A DNA stretch of 64,000 nucleotides from positions 62,001-126,000 of the forward strand of contig ML978135.1 of the NCBI GenBank assembly GCA_010015805.1. Reading direction: 5' to 3'. The DNA comes from Rhizodiscina lignyota. Taxonomy: Eukaryota. Below are positions 16,395 through 28,978 of the stretch, in pieces (position 1 is the first letter of the stretch; the number at the start of each line of letters is the position of its first letter). The notes beneath the pieces were generated by a model. That model had not been told where the DNA came from and did not search any database. It saw only the letters and a program-made list of their open reading frames with translations. A program made the position numbers and the translations under genes.

Positions 16395-17604
16395 GTTGCC
16401 GGGTGCAAGTGATGTTGTTGAAGAGAATGAAGGAAGTTCGAGGTGGTGTGACCGAAGACGAAGGAATTTGTCGTCCTTGTTAATGGCTGCTCGAATTGAG
16501 TGCAGAGGGGGGAATGTATGGGAGATTTATATTAGAGGAGGGTGTTGTTGAAAGGTGGAAGGAGGTTGAGGAATGAAATATAAATAAGTAGGCAGCAGGG
16601 AATGAGTCGGAGCAAACCAAGCGGGAAGGTTTTTGCAACGTGAAGAAATGGAGGATGCCTGCCGGATTGCTAGGTAACTTGCTGCGAAGTCGGAGAGTGT
16701 CACTAGATCAAAGAAAAATGAGAGAGAATGCTTATTCAATCTTCTAATTGTTAATGATCTTGGCAGGAGGCGTGATAGACGTTAATGTGGGAGGCCCTGT
16801 GGATGAGCAACGAGTGCTTTTCTCATCGATAAATGTCAAACAAGCCTTGCAGTAGCGTCGTGAGTATTGATTATTTCTTAACTGACGGATATAGAGAGCT
16901 GAGCCAAAGTGCTAGTTTGCTGAAGAGAGTTTGAATTGACCATTGAGAGTTTCATGAGAGCTTACCGAAATAAGAGAGGCGAGGATATATCCTCCGTCGT
17001 CGCAAGCGCTGTGGCTCTCTAGTTGATGTGATTAATGGGAGGTCATCAATTGTTATGCTGCAGCTTTACGAAAAGTCATACGTTCAAATCAAAGCACTGG
17101 CGTTTATCTGCATTGATACTCACACTGCCCACTCAGGAATCTGTAGATCTGAAGTAAGCTATACGTAAGGACTGCAGTAGTGCAATCAGAAATTCGGCGG
17201 GTATCTTAGAATCTCTAGGAAAGTAATGGGAATTGGAAATTGCAGATGGATTGGTCGTTGGCAGCATTTTGTAAAGTGATGTCGTGGTGGTTGGTGACCC
17301 TGCGTGAGGACGAAAATAAGGAGACGAAGACATGCGACCTGCGTCCGTTCGCAGCGCGCTAAGGCCGAAACGAGCGTAGCAGCAGATGGCGACGTCACTT
17401 TCAGGGTCTTCGGCTTTGGCAACGCCGAACGAGAGGAACATGAGAACATTTGAGGGCAGGTGAGAAAAGCTCCACTATCTGCTGCGACCGAATCGTGCTT
17501 CTCCATGTCCCATACACACGTTTGACTTCCGTTTTACCACTCATTGCACCCGTCAAAATAATATTTCACCGCCAGCGGTTCGTTCTCCGGGGTCGCGCGA
17601 CATC

Positions 17605-18383
17605 ATGCCTCCTGCGCGACGCGCACTGCAGGAGGACTCGAAATCCGAGGAGTCGACGCGCGAGAAGCTCAAATCACTACCATATGGCGCGGGGAGGGGG
17701 AAACGCGCAAGTAATATCGCCAATGGCACAAACCTTCGAGAGATTGCGACCTCAAATAGCCTTGCTGCTGCAACGAACGGCGCTCTTGAGCCACCGGATG
17801 GTATTGTCATGGTGCGCTGCCAATCGAGTGTTTCGCTCACTCCGACCCTACCTGTTAAGCGGCATAAAATAAGACAGAATATTCCGCTAACATCTTGTTT
17901 CTGCTTCCAGATGAACTGGAACAATGAGTCGCTTGATCTCTTGCACCGCTACCGTCATACCTACCGCCTTTCGAGTCCTTCTGCCTTCTCGAATCCAATC
18001 TCGCCTATTATCCTCTCTCCTCATATTGGTCTTGGTATTGGCAAATATTCACCTACAATGGCTAGAGCAAAGTCAAAACGAAGGATCACAAAGGAGCAGC
18101 TGGCGTTGGCAGTTCGCAAGAACTTCAACGCAATGGCCGTGGACGAGGCGGAGGTCCTCGCAGATCTGTATTACAGTGTTGGACATCAAGGTACCAATCC
18201 CTTGGCTGGAGAATTGGGTGTAGAACTGCAGGCGCTGACAGCACCACAGACAAGACATTCCGCGTGAAATTCGCGCCGCCAAAGAAGAATCCCGCCGATT
18301 CTGGAGGTGGTGGCCCAGTGGTAGACACATCGAAAGGGCCACTCAATCGTCTGGACTACTTGAAGAGCCAACAGGCGCGATGA
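17605..18383 (+). CDS. SAP30: Sin3/Rpd3 histone deacetylase complex subunit, SAP30 Sin3-binding domain
   Basis: LHRYRHTYRL ... KEQLALAVRKNFN ... DKTFRVKF after removing introns 17812-17910 and 18191-18249. Confidence 0.82.
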
Positions 18384-19094
18384 TTCGATTTTCTGTGTAC
18401 GGTATTGATGAGCCACGTTTTCCGATGACAGCATCTGATGTACAAACGGCGGCGAATCTTGCATTGGGCCCGGCGTTTTGGAAATCGACACGACCGCCCA
18501 TATTGGCGGAATGATGAGAGAAAGCATTAAGCGTTGTATTGTCGACAACTTTATCGTCCTTTCTTGTGCGTACTTCGAGACGAGGATTTGGCGATATACC
18601 CACATCCAGGCACTGTCGATCCACTCAAGACGGAGACTCTTTTGGAAATCCTAATGTCATTAGTGTCTATTATCAGGGCACTCAGCTGTGTCTTTCAAAG
18701 ATCAATCAACTCCAAGATCAGCGGAACATCGCCCAAGTATCTTGGTGAGCCTGTGATATATCTGCTGTGCATCTCGAACGAGTAGACTACCTCTCACAAA
18801 CGCCTGAAAGGAACTGATGGCGCACTAGTAATCAGAGAGCAGGTAGGAAAATTGATGGAAGAAATCAATGGAAGGTTTCCATGTTTGCTCGATATTCTCG
18901 ACGATTCCGTCCCGGCCGAATCTCCTCGAAAGAAAGTTGCCGGCACGTGATCGCTCCGAAAAACTTTTGGCACTTTATCCATCCCCAGCGATATCGCTCT
19001 AGAAAGTGCACAACTTACAACCCTTTGCGCATCTCCACTCCTTTGCCCTTTTGTCTTCTCAAATGTACAATTATACTCCCTTGTAACGTTTAGA

Positions 19095-20834
19095 ATGAGT
19101 CTTGCAGGCCCGGGACTACCGCTGAAGGCGGCGCTCCCTTTCCGCGTTCTTGCCGCATCTCGAACATACCCTCGGATACAGTCACAGAGCAGCGAACAGC
19201 AACAACAAAGGCATAAGCATTCTTTCTCAAGGGCGAGATGGAAGGGAATGCCTTTAAGTTCCACAGTTCGACCACAAAGTGCATCTGATATTCCCTCTCA
19301 ACGACGGGTACGTCAATTAACTTCCCGTTTCTCAATCTATTGTCTGGGTTTTGATATACTGATTGTCTTCCCTATATAGCATTTCCATTCCTCTTCCCCT
19401 CTCTCACAACAAAAAGACCCCTACAAGGCCCTCGGAATCTCCTCTTCCGCCTCCGCCAGCGAAATCAAGAAGGCATACTACGGCCTAGCGAAAAAGTACC
19501 ACCCCGACACGAACAAGGACCCCGGTGCGAAAGACAAGTTTGCCGAAGCGCAAAGTGCTTACGAAGTTTTGAACGACCCAAAGAAGAAAGAAGCCTGGGA
19601 TACATATGGCGCGGCGGCATTCCAGCAGGGCGGGTTCGATCCCAGTGGTGGAGCCGGCGCCGGAGGACCTGGTGGCAATCCATTCGCTGGCTTTGGCGGC
19701 TTTGGGTTCGGTTCCGCTCAAGGAAGCCAGAGTGGCTTTGGACAAGCGTTTGGATTTGAGGATATATTCAGCGCGTTCACCGGCGGTGCTACGTCTGGCG
19801 CAAAACGACGACGGGGTGGGATGTTTTCGGAAGAGGTTTATGTTGGCAATGACATTGAGGTGCAGACGAATATTAGCTTCATGGATGCAGCCAAGGGTGC
19901 AAAGAAAGAGATCTGGATCACGCCGTTGGTGGAGTGCGGGACGTGCCACGGGAGCGGATTGAAGAAGGGTGTGAAGAGACAGGCGTGTAAGGCATGCGAC
20001 GGAAATGGCACCAGGGTACAGTTTATGCAGGGTGGCTTTCAGGTTGCCATGACCTGTGATGTTTGTGGTGGAAGTGGGCAGTCGGTGCCGAAGAACGGGA
20101 CATGCGGTACTTGCCATGGGGATGGGGCTGTCAGGCAGCGCAAGAGCGTCACAGTCGAGATTCCAGGGGGAGTGGAGGATGGAATGAGGATGAGGGTCAG
20201 CGGAGAAGGCGATGCACCTGCGACGGGCAGGGTAGCCGGAGAGAATGTGAAGGGGCAGAAGGGTGATCTCTACGTTCATATCCGCGTTGCGCCAGATCCA
20301 AAGTTCGGTCGCAACGGCGCTGATATCCTCTACACTGCCGCGATACCCCTGACAACAGCAATTCTTGGCGGCGAAATCCAGGTGCCAACGCTGGATGGTG
20401 ATGTGAGAGTACGCGTACCCACGGGGACGGGAACGGGCGAAAAGATCACCTTGACTGGCATGGGCATGACGAAGATCGGCAACAGAAGAGGTGCGACAGG
20501 CGACCTGCGGGTCGAATTCAAGGTCCAGATGCCGAAATATTTGAGCGCGAACCAGCGAACCATCATCGAGATGCTAGCCGACGAGATGGGCGACAAGACA
20601 GCGAAGCGCGTCATGAACCTTGGCAAGCATTCGGACACCTCCTCTTCCTCCTCCTCAAAGGACAGCGGCAAATCCACAGATACTGCAACAAAGGAGGGCG
20701 ACCATAAGAACGAAAGCTTTCTGAAGAATGCGTGGCACACTTTGACAGGCCAGCATGATAACATCAAAGATGAACCGGGGAAGCAAAATGACGAGCCGAA
20801 GGAAGAGCCCAAGAAAGCGTCGGGCTCAGGCTGA
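19095..20834 (+). CDS. MDJ1: Mitochondrial class A DnaJ co-chaperone
   Basis: Presequence, intron 19308-19379, J-domain with KKYHPD, G/F-rich region, four CxxCxGxG repeats and DnaJ C-terminal domain. Confidence 0.94.
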
Positions 20835-21593
20835 CACTCCGCTCTATGCGATTTGTATAAATACGTGCTATTTAAGAGACGGCCTTGGCATAGAAGCGTG
20901 GTCTTGCACTTGTTTGCTGCGAGACTACGTATGCATTTTCATGGCGTTAATTCGTTGCATTGTTGTATATACCTCCGGACGACTGTAGAATCAACTCGGC
21001 TCTAATTCGTGTTCTTCGTGCGAGGATGTACTGCTCTCGAACATTGCTTGTACTCTGATGTGGATCGCCTTTCTGGTCCATGGACACAGTTGCCGAGCCT
21101 TCGTTCTACCTCGACGCGGATCTCCTTGTCAATGCGTACTATATTGCAACAGTGTCAAGCTTTCAAAGTGAGCCTTCTTTGGCTCTCTAGCTATCAATCA
21201 CAAAAGTTGTGTATCTTAGTGAGGAGAGCATGATCAAGACAGGTAGGATTTGATATGAATCTTGACATTAGTCTGATAATTAGTCTCGCACTGCAGCCTT
21301 CGGATCGGTGTTAAGTTGCGCAAAACTTCGCTCAAACCATTCTCCTCTCCTGCCGATATTGTTTGGTACGCATGGCAACCGACACCAGAAGACTGTGTTG
21401 TACAATCTCCAACGAGACTCAAGCCACCTGAATGTATCCATCCCGGGCTATCCTTTGCATTCCAGATACAAATAGAAAGGGTATATTCGGCCATCTTCTA
21501 CGAGCTCTGCTTCCCGGCCACACCTGTCTTCAGTAATTCGACTATACACAGTTCGCAATCACCATCTCCTCTTACCCCATCCAGCCAAGTTGA

Positions 21594-21986
21594 TCATATC
21601 CACTGCTTTCCCGCTCCAAATAGATTAGCCGTGATGTGCTCAGCCTTCATCCAGGCGTCGCTCCGATTGTCCTCTGCAGCATTTGCCTGGGGACCTTTCT
21701 GGTGCCTGTCGCTGAAGAGAACTGCCGGCACAACCACCGCGCTCAGCAGGATGACCATCAGAAGTATAATCCAATTCGTCTTGCGACGGAGGTGAAGCCT
21801 CCAGAAAGACCGTTGACCGCGATGAATCGCAGGCGGGGGAAGTGGTGTCAGCGTGCGCAGACTATCTGAGGACCGCTCGCGACCCAGGTTTCGCGAGATT
21901 GGGTCCTCGTACGCCGTAAGCCTTCCGCTGAGTGGAATATACACCGGCGTTGGCAGTGAGATGTCGTCTTTGGCAATCTTGGGCAT
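21594..21986 (-). CDS. Small single-pass membrane hypothetical protein
   Basis: ATG ORF with one strongly hydrophobic segment (WIILLMVILLSAVVVPAVLF) preceded by basic residues. 3' structure uncertain. Confidence 0.45.
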   Translation of the reverse strand: MPKIAKDDISLPTPVYIPLSGRLTAYEDPISRNLGRERSSDSLRTLTPLPPPAIHRGQRSFWRLHLRRKTNWIILLMVILLSAVVVPAVLFSDRHQKGPQANAAEDNRSDAWMKAEHITANLFGAGKQWI

Positions 21987-22562
21987 GGCGATTGTCGTTT
22001 GGTGATGATTATGATCTTATTTGATGACGACGATGTAGAATTTTGCGTAGAATTTTGCGGGGAGATTTTCTTAATTGTGACGAAATGGAATGGAACAGGA
22101 CTGACTTCGAGTTTGAATAAGAAGATAGGGACGGTAATACGTTTCTTCATCTTTTAACAGGGGCGATGTATGGGTCCGAACGTTGGAGCACCACCGCTTT
22201 GATCTCAAGTGCATCAAATCAGAACGCCTTTTAATCAAACCTAAAGACAACGAGGTAGCATGATGAAACCGTCTCCAATTGGGTTCCTTAATATCATAAT
22301 TGCTGCGTGAAACAGCAAAATAGGTCTCTTTATGCTGTGTCTTGAAGTTCCAGCGTGAAGTTGTCCATTTCCTTCGACTTGGAGCATCTGCGAAACCATC
22401 GGCAATGCATTCAGCGCTATGCCCGGCGCCTTCGTGCCAATCTAGCCAGCAGAGCTATAAGAAGTGATACTGGCTTCTGATATGCGCACTACCCGGGCCC
22501 CAAATGGACATGCTCGTCGGGTTGGGCAATGAGACAACAAGATCGCCTTGTTCTGTCTCAGT

Positions 22563-23163
22563 TCAGGTATCACTCTCTTTCTCCATTTCTGAGGCCAGCC
22601 ATTCCGCCTCTTTCCTCATCTCCTCATCGCTTCTAGGCTTCCTGTCTTCATCTGCATCCACGCCAGGCAATCCCCCTCGCTGGCCATGCCGGCGCTCATG
22701 CTCTCGAAGATGTTGACCAATGTCGCCATCCTCGCTCTCCATCATATTGTATATCGCGTCATTACCACCCTTATCGTCCATATCGCCGTGTTTCCTAGGA
22801 ATTATATGCGCATGGATGTGTGGAACGGACTGTCCGGCATCACTGCCATCTTGAATGGCTACATTGAGAGCTGACGCCTTGTAGACGCGCTCGATCATTC
22901 TGCTGACGCGCTGAACTGCGAGGAAGAGATCGCATACTTCAGAAGATGTCAGGTCGGAGAGGCGCGGGACGCGTCGTAAAGGCGAGACAAGTACATGGCC
23001 GGGGAGAAGTGGTTTGAGGTTGACAAGCGCAAAGGATTGTGAAGTTGTGTAAAAGACCTCTAGCGGATCAGCTCTCTGAAATGTGCTTAATTACAAGACG
23101 CTTTACCTGTGGAGTGACAAGAAAGGATCCAAAATGAATTGCTTTGCTCGTTAAGGGAGGCAT
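22563..23163 (-). CDS. HNT2: Fhit-family dinucleoside triphosphate hydrolase (HIT)
   Basis: IHFGSFLVTPQ / VFYTT..FALVNLKPLLPGHVLV, QDGSDAGQSVPHIHAHIIPR (HIT motif) and RSDEEMRKEA. Intron 23058-23106. Confidence 0.92.
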
Positions 23164-23395
23164 TGCTTTAATATTAGAAGACAAATATATTCGAAGTGGA
23201 AGATTCATCCGCTGGCCACTCATGCAAATGTACCTTGAAGCGCGGAATATCGCCGCAACCTACGTCCGTGCTCAAGCTTCAAGGGCCAAAAAATCTACTC
23301 CATAACGCAGATTTCCTTCGACTTCTTCCTCAACTGCCGGGAGACCTCTCAACGTTCCGATACATACCACTAGTTCAAAGGAAACAAATTCCAAC

Positions 23396-23950
23396 ATGGG
23401 CGACCAGCTCCCAAAGACGCCTCCGTCATTGGCGCCTGGAATCCGTACCTACCATTGTATCTGCTCGAATCTCGTGCTTGCTAGCACACGACCACAGCCA
23501 AGTCTTGCACGCCGTAAAGTTGGAAACGACAGAGCTTACATTCTGCCTCTTCCACCACTTCCTGACAGTGAAGACGATATTGACATGGAGCATGACCCAG
23601 TCGCGAAAGACAAAGCCGGCGAAGTGGGACTGGCGACATCCAAAAGCACAAAGAGCTCGGGTTATGCATTGCTTCTGTCAACATATATCGACCGCAAACC
23701 TGTTTTAATCCGCAGGGCGGAATCTTTCGAGAAGCGCTATCTCCATAGATGCGGGCGCTGTGGACTTATCTTTGGATACCAGCTTGATTGGGCGCAGTAC
23801 GACCAAAGCTCTCAAGGAAAAGGGCAGGACTCAGAAGGGGCGACTGCCACCCACAGCTCTGACCGAAGAGAAGACGTGATCTATTTGATTCCTGGTGGTC
23901 TTCAAAGTACACAATCGATGATGGAAGCGGATGTCGAGAGTGAGACGTGA
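23396..23950 (+). CDS. STEEP1/CXorf56-like zinc-binding protein
   Basis: YHCIC...L.RR...DRAYIL and IRRAESFEKRYLHRCGRCGLIFGYQ follow the CXorf56 family pattern. Divergent from HNT2 across about 230 bp. Confidence 0.7.
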   Translation: MGDQLPKTPPSLAPGIRTYHCICSNLVLASTRPQPSLARRKVGNDRAYILPLPPLPDSEDDIDMEHDPVAKDKAGEVGLATSKSTKSSGYALLLSTYIDRKPVLIRRAESFEKRYLHRCGRCGLIFGYQLDWAQYDQSSQGKGQDSEGATATHSSDRREDVIYLIPGGLQSTQSMMEADVESET

Positions 23951-24173
23951 ACTCATATACCTTGGCTGCAAGGCCCTCAGCCCTTCACTGCTGGGTGTCC
24001 TTCGCCTTTGAAACACTGCGATGAACAACATTTGAGGCTCTCTGCAATCTCAAGCATTTCTCAACCACTCACTCACCTCTCTCTTCACTTTCACGCTCAA
24101 CACTATCACGATATTCTCATAAGCTTGAAACAACGCGGAATCGGTCGTCTGATAACAACGGCTTTCGAACAGA

Positions 24174-24983
24174 ATGGCAACAGCAACTTCGCTCACTACC
24201 GCTTTGGCTCGATTTACCCGTGGAGGACTCGTCCGGAAAATAATGGCTCCACCAAACGAGAAACGATCTCAGACCGGCCGCGGCACCTTCCCCTTCCTCT
24301 CGCTTCCAGCGGAGCTACGGAACATGGTGTACTTCTATTACCACGAATCTCCAGTCATTTGGGTCAAAGACACGAAGTCACGCATTCCGGGACAACCTTT
24401 GCCAGATACTCTTCTTTCGAATGTCTTCAGTCTGTGCTGCATCAACCGCCAAATCCGCCAGGAAGCACTCGACTATCTCTTCTCTACGAAGACAGTGATG
24501 CTAGAGCAGCGCCTATTCCCTCAACTGCGCGATACCCTACCTCTTGAAGCACGCAACGCTCTGACCTCACTTAAGATCCACCAGTTCGACCTGCGCTACG
24601 TATGGTCTAAATCCGGGGAGAAGATCGAGTACTATAATCCAAAGCGTGTCACCCATCGATGCTGGCGCTTGCCTCTGACTACACAGTATCCGCGCCTTAA
24701 GAGCATCGAGGTGCGCCTTGCGAGGAAGCGGACTTGTCTGATGCATGTCGCTGGCAAGATTGCAAGTCGGGCCAGAGGGCGGCACTCCCACAAAAGGCTT
24801 AAAATCGGAGAGCTTATCGAGGCACCAGGTATGAAGTGGCTGCGTGGAAATCGCGGACTCAACTACTTCAAGTTCAACGCTATTGGTCCGACATGCAAAA
24901 AGTGCTGGGTGGCTCAAAGGGGGAAGTGTGAGCAGCTGCTCGCTGAGCTGGATGTGTTGGTTCGGGCTGAGGTTGTTAGCTGA
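24174..24983 (+). CDS. Hypothetical protein with an F-box-like N-terminal motif
   Basis: FPFLSLPAELRNMVY ... INRQIRQEAL motif typical of fungal F-box-like proteins. True start may be the downstream ATG near 24243. Confidence 0.65.
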   Translation: MATATSLTTALARFTRGGLVRKIMAPPNEKRSQTGRGTFPFLSLPAELRNMVYFYYHESPVIWVKDTKSRIPGQPLPDTLLSNVFSLCCINRQIRQEALDYLFSTKTVMLEQRLFPQLRDTLPLEARNALTSLKIHQFDLRYVWSKSGEKIEYYNPKRVTHRCWRLPLTTQYPRLKSIEVRLARKRTCLMHVAGKIASRARGRHSHKRLKIGELIEAPGMKWLRGNRGLNYFKFNAIGPTCKKCWVAQRGKCEQLLAELDVLVRAEVVS

Positions 24984-25257
24984 TTTGATTAAGCACTCTT
25001 GGGCTCTGACGGAATCGCCAGACCAGAGCGCGAGTCGCGGAACTTGGAAAATCGTGCATCACATTTTCATTGAGCTACAAAAGTAATGGAGCGTTGGAGA
25101 CCAAATCCACGAAAGCATGGAAAAGGTACCAGTTCTACAGCAAATGTTACCCCAAGATCAAATGCACTAAATATGAGACAGAATACTCACATGAAACTGG
25201 GAAGATGTTTCAAAGGCCAGCATCGTGGGAAACACATAGCGCACGTGCTCTTAGGCA

Positions 25258-25806
25258 CTAAACTCTAATAAACTCCCAAACAATCCCGTCAGAAGCCCCA
25301 TCCCCAATTTTCGCCAGCTTCTCAACACCCTGCTCTATTTTGATCCCCACGTGCCGGAGCCTCTCGAAATGAGTCATGAGCAAGACATAGCCGCCCTCTG
25401 GCGTAGCCCGCACGCAAAAGTTTTCCCACCCTTGATGCCTCTCCGCTGAGCAGCACAGTTTCCCTCTGGTATCGTGACCCAGGAACTTGCCCGAGATGGG
25501 ACTGCGGAAGCCGAGCCAGCCTTTGGTTTCTACGCACTCCCAGTGCGTGGAGCCACTGCTACTTGGCGGGGCTAGCACAACCTGTCCGTCAAGCAAAGTG
25601 ATCACTTGCCACGACGAGATAGACCGGATGATGAAGGTGGAGCCAGGCCAAGGAACTGAGGAGGAGGAGCTAGGTTTCATATCATGGAACGGGTCGTCCT
25701 CGTCCAGAAGGTCGCCATCGACGGTTTCCGGTGGTGTGGTAGCTATGTTGAGTGTTGAAGTATCGACCTCCGAGATGGGCCTGGGGTCGATGTTGCTGAG
25801 GACCAT
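25258..25806 (-). CDS. Fungal hypothetical protein, possible beta-trefoil fold
   Basis: Intact 182-aa ATG ORF with motifs VPWPGSTFIIR, HWECVE..GWLGFRS..SGKFLGHD and WENF. Confidence 0.65.
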   Translation of the reverse strand: MVLSNIDPRPISEVDTSTLNIATTPPETVDGDLLDEDDPFHDMKPSSSSSVPWPGSTFIIRSISSWQVITLLDGQVVLAPPSSSGSTHWECVETKGWLGFRSPISGKFLGHDTRGKLCCSAERHQGWENFCVRATPEGGYVLLMTHFERLRHVGIKIEQGVEKLAKIGDGASDGIVWEFIRV

Positions 25807-26258
25807 GGCGGCGGAGTCTTAGGTTGGTTTCATAAACTGGAATGGCGAAGGCTTTGATGCGATAAATTCAGGATAAGGAATAATGGCTATGGATAAGCCA
25901 GTAATTAAAAACACCTGTAATGGTCGATCGGTTGGAGTCGTCGCAGAGTTGATCGAAGAAATTACTGTTGCAACAGATTGTACACCAGGAGATATGCTAC
26001 AGGAGATATGTTTCAACTATATCTTAGCACTTGAGGGTTTGGCCTTCCCTTGAGTGGCCTTGAGCTTCGTGAGGCGATATATCGTAGCCTTAAATAATAC
26101 GATGCCAAGTTACGTATCCCACAGCGCCGAGGATTTGCCGAACAACGACGCCAAGGGTGCATACCAATAACTCACCAGTGTTTCCTCGCCAGCTCACCGT
26201 CAAAGTTTACGTTATGTAGTAATGGCGACCGAAATCTGGATGCTTCCTCCAAGTCGAG

Positions 26259-28056
26259 ATGGTGAACACTGGGCGGCCGAGTCGAGCATGTGATCCATGT
26301 AAGGCGCGACACACTAAGGTAGTGACTGGACTCTCATAATGATTGACCTGTACTGACGCGTGATTGTTGATAGTGTGACGAACGACGTCCAGTGAGTAGC
26401 TCAGCTCTGTAGCTAAGAATGGGCGTTACTTATATTTCAACAGAAGTGCTCTCGTTGCGAAAGAGCTGGTCGACAATGCACAGGATACAAGAACGACTTC
26501 GACATCAATCTCCGGAATGAGTCCCATGCTGTGGCCCGACGCGTGGGTGCTCGCGAGGGTTACTTTCAGAGCCTGCAGAAGCCACTGCCCGCTCCCTATG
26601 GGCAACAAGCTGTAGCATTGTTTCTTGAAAACTTTGTCCTGTTTCCTCTCGACGCAAGGTACTCTAAAGGCTATCTATCCGGCCTCTTGCCGCTGTTGCG
26701 AAGCACAAAATCGAACTCTCTCCTTTCGAGCGCCGTTGATGCAGTAGCATTATGCTTCCTCGCAACAACCATGACTGACGACTCGATTGCTTCGCGAGCG
26801 GCCCGCAGCTATCTTCGCGCTTTAAACCGTTTACAGTCAAGATTAGATCAGGATGTCGATTGTATTTCTACCGAAACGATGATATCGGTGTACCTGATGG
26901 GATTGTACGAAGTAAGTGCTCATTAATGAGACATCGACATTGCACCGACGTTCCTCCGGACTGAACCGAAGACTCCAGATGATCATGCCTCCAGAAAAGA
27001 CTGTTCACCCCTGGCTAGCTCATCTCCAGGGCCTCACTGCAATTATAAAGGCACATAGCGAAAAGAGCGGCCGCTGTTTTCCTGGCATCGGCTTCTTCAT
27101 TGCGCTGGACAGCTCTCTTGGTAGATCAGCTTGGGCCATAAATCACAACACTCCTGTGGATGGATGGTTTCTTGACCACGCAGATCATGACGAGAGAATT
27201 CTTTACAGCGAGGTTGTCACACAAGATGCACTGAAGTCTAGCCCGGGTGTGAATAGCCCATCGATGAGCGCCTCACTTGACAATCTGATTCTACGAACAC
27301 AGCCTATCCTACAGGCGGCGCCATCATTGCTCGAGAACTCTCATTCTGGGGTAACGGAAAATGTCGAACGCCTACTTACCGCAGCACGTTTACAACTGTC
27401 AAGCTTCAGAGCTTGGCCATCAAGAATACCTGATTACTGGCAACCCAATCCCGTCCATCCTCAGATCGACGCATCTGAACTTTTTCAGCAGGATATATTT
27501 CCTGGCAGAGTCGACGTCTATTCTGATTGTCAGTAGCCCGCATATTTTAACGCGCAACTCGGCTGACTAGGATCCAGTGTATGTAGCTGCTGTGTGGAAT
27601 ACATATCGGACAACACTCTTGCGGCTGTGCGACGTGATCGCACAATGTGGCAAGTACCTGGAGACTGATGCCATACCATTTCGAGAGACCGAAGAATATC
27701 GGGAGCTGCATACAATAACCAAGACGACATGCGAAGGAATATGCTCATCAGTCGCCTACCATATTAATAATGACTGGCTGAACCGTGTCACTGCTGCTCG
27801 CTTCCATACGTCTCCGAGAGCTTTGGGTGGCCTTTTCCTGATCTGGCCACTCTACGGGGGAAGTATTCTATCAATTGTGCCAGATGTACACCGTGCCTGG
27901 ATGAGGCAGAAACTTCGGTCAATTGGCATCTCGATGGGACTGGCGCAGGCAATTATACTTGCCGATACAGTGGATTTGCGCGGCAACACGGATCATTTCA
28001 AGCCACTGGTAATTAGTCAGGGTCAGGTATTCATGTGGAGTGCCAGCATGTTCTAA
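26259..28056 (+). CDS. Zn(II)2Cys6 transcription factor
   Basis: Zinc cluster assembled from three exons: GRPSRACDPCKARHTK | CDERRP (18-nt exon 26374-26391) | KCSRCERAGRQCTGY. Further introns near 26912 and 27529. C-terminal LIWPLY motif. Confidence 0.88.
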
Positions 28057-28092
28057 AAGGACTTCAAGGCCCGAATCGACTTCGTAAAGCTA

Positions 28093-28978
28093 TCAAGCGT
28101 CGATACCCAACCCTTCCAGCATTGGCCCAAACGCTCCTCGCCAAGCATCAATTCCTCTCTGTGCAATGCCGACTCCGACTTCCTTCTTTGGCCTGCCTTT
28201 CGCATCAAGCTCCATCAATCCTTCCATCGACTTGTCAAGGTACTCTTCCAGTGCCATTGGCCGCACAAGCTTATCGCCACCACCTTGCATCGCATTCACC
28301 TGTGCTCTATGGTTGGCATCCAATGCTGTATCGACGTACGGCGGTGCGATCTCTACAACTGCGAGGTTCTTCTGCACCTCGGCATCCGTGGCGGCAATCT
28401 GCTGTCTCAGGGCAACTGCGAAAGAGTGCCTTGCCGCTTGCGTCGGACAGTACACCGGATAGAAGCCGAAGGATATATATGCCAGTCCGGACGTGGTGAT
28501 GAGCAAGTTGGCTGGTTTGCCACTCTGTGCGATTGATTGAAGGTGCGGCATGAAGAAGCGCGTCAGGATAATCGAACTGGTAAGATTCGTGGTAATCTCG
28601 GTCGCGATGGCATCGTCTGACGAGCTGGACGGATCGAAGAAGCTGAAGCTTGTCTGGATTCCAGCGTTAAGGAAGACCGTATCCAAATCTGGAAAGGCCT
28701 TCAAAATCTCATCGACTTGGCGTGGTAGCGAGGCAAGATCCGCGACATCCATCTATGGAGATGACTATCAGTCAGTCACGGCACCAACAAGTATCCGAAG
28801 TCTCGCCCACCTGCCGAGTTTCAATACCTGGAAGCTCTTGCTTGAGTGCAGACAATCGATCCGCCCTGCGGCCGGTGATAATGACCTTCTTGCCCATGTC
28901 GTGGAAGCGGCGAGCGTAGCCTTCGCCGAGGCCGGAGGTCGCCCCGACGATGAGGATGGTGGAGATACGACGATCCAT
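28093..28978 (-). CDS. Short-chain dehydrogenase/reductase (DltE-like), catalytic Lys replaced
   Basis: ILIVGATSGLG, NAGIQ, EIAPPYVDT. Intron 28753-28810. Active site reads YCPTQ instead of YxxxK. Confidence 0.85.
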
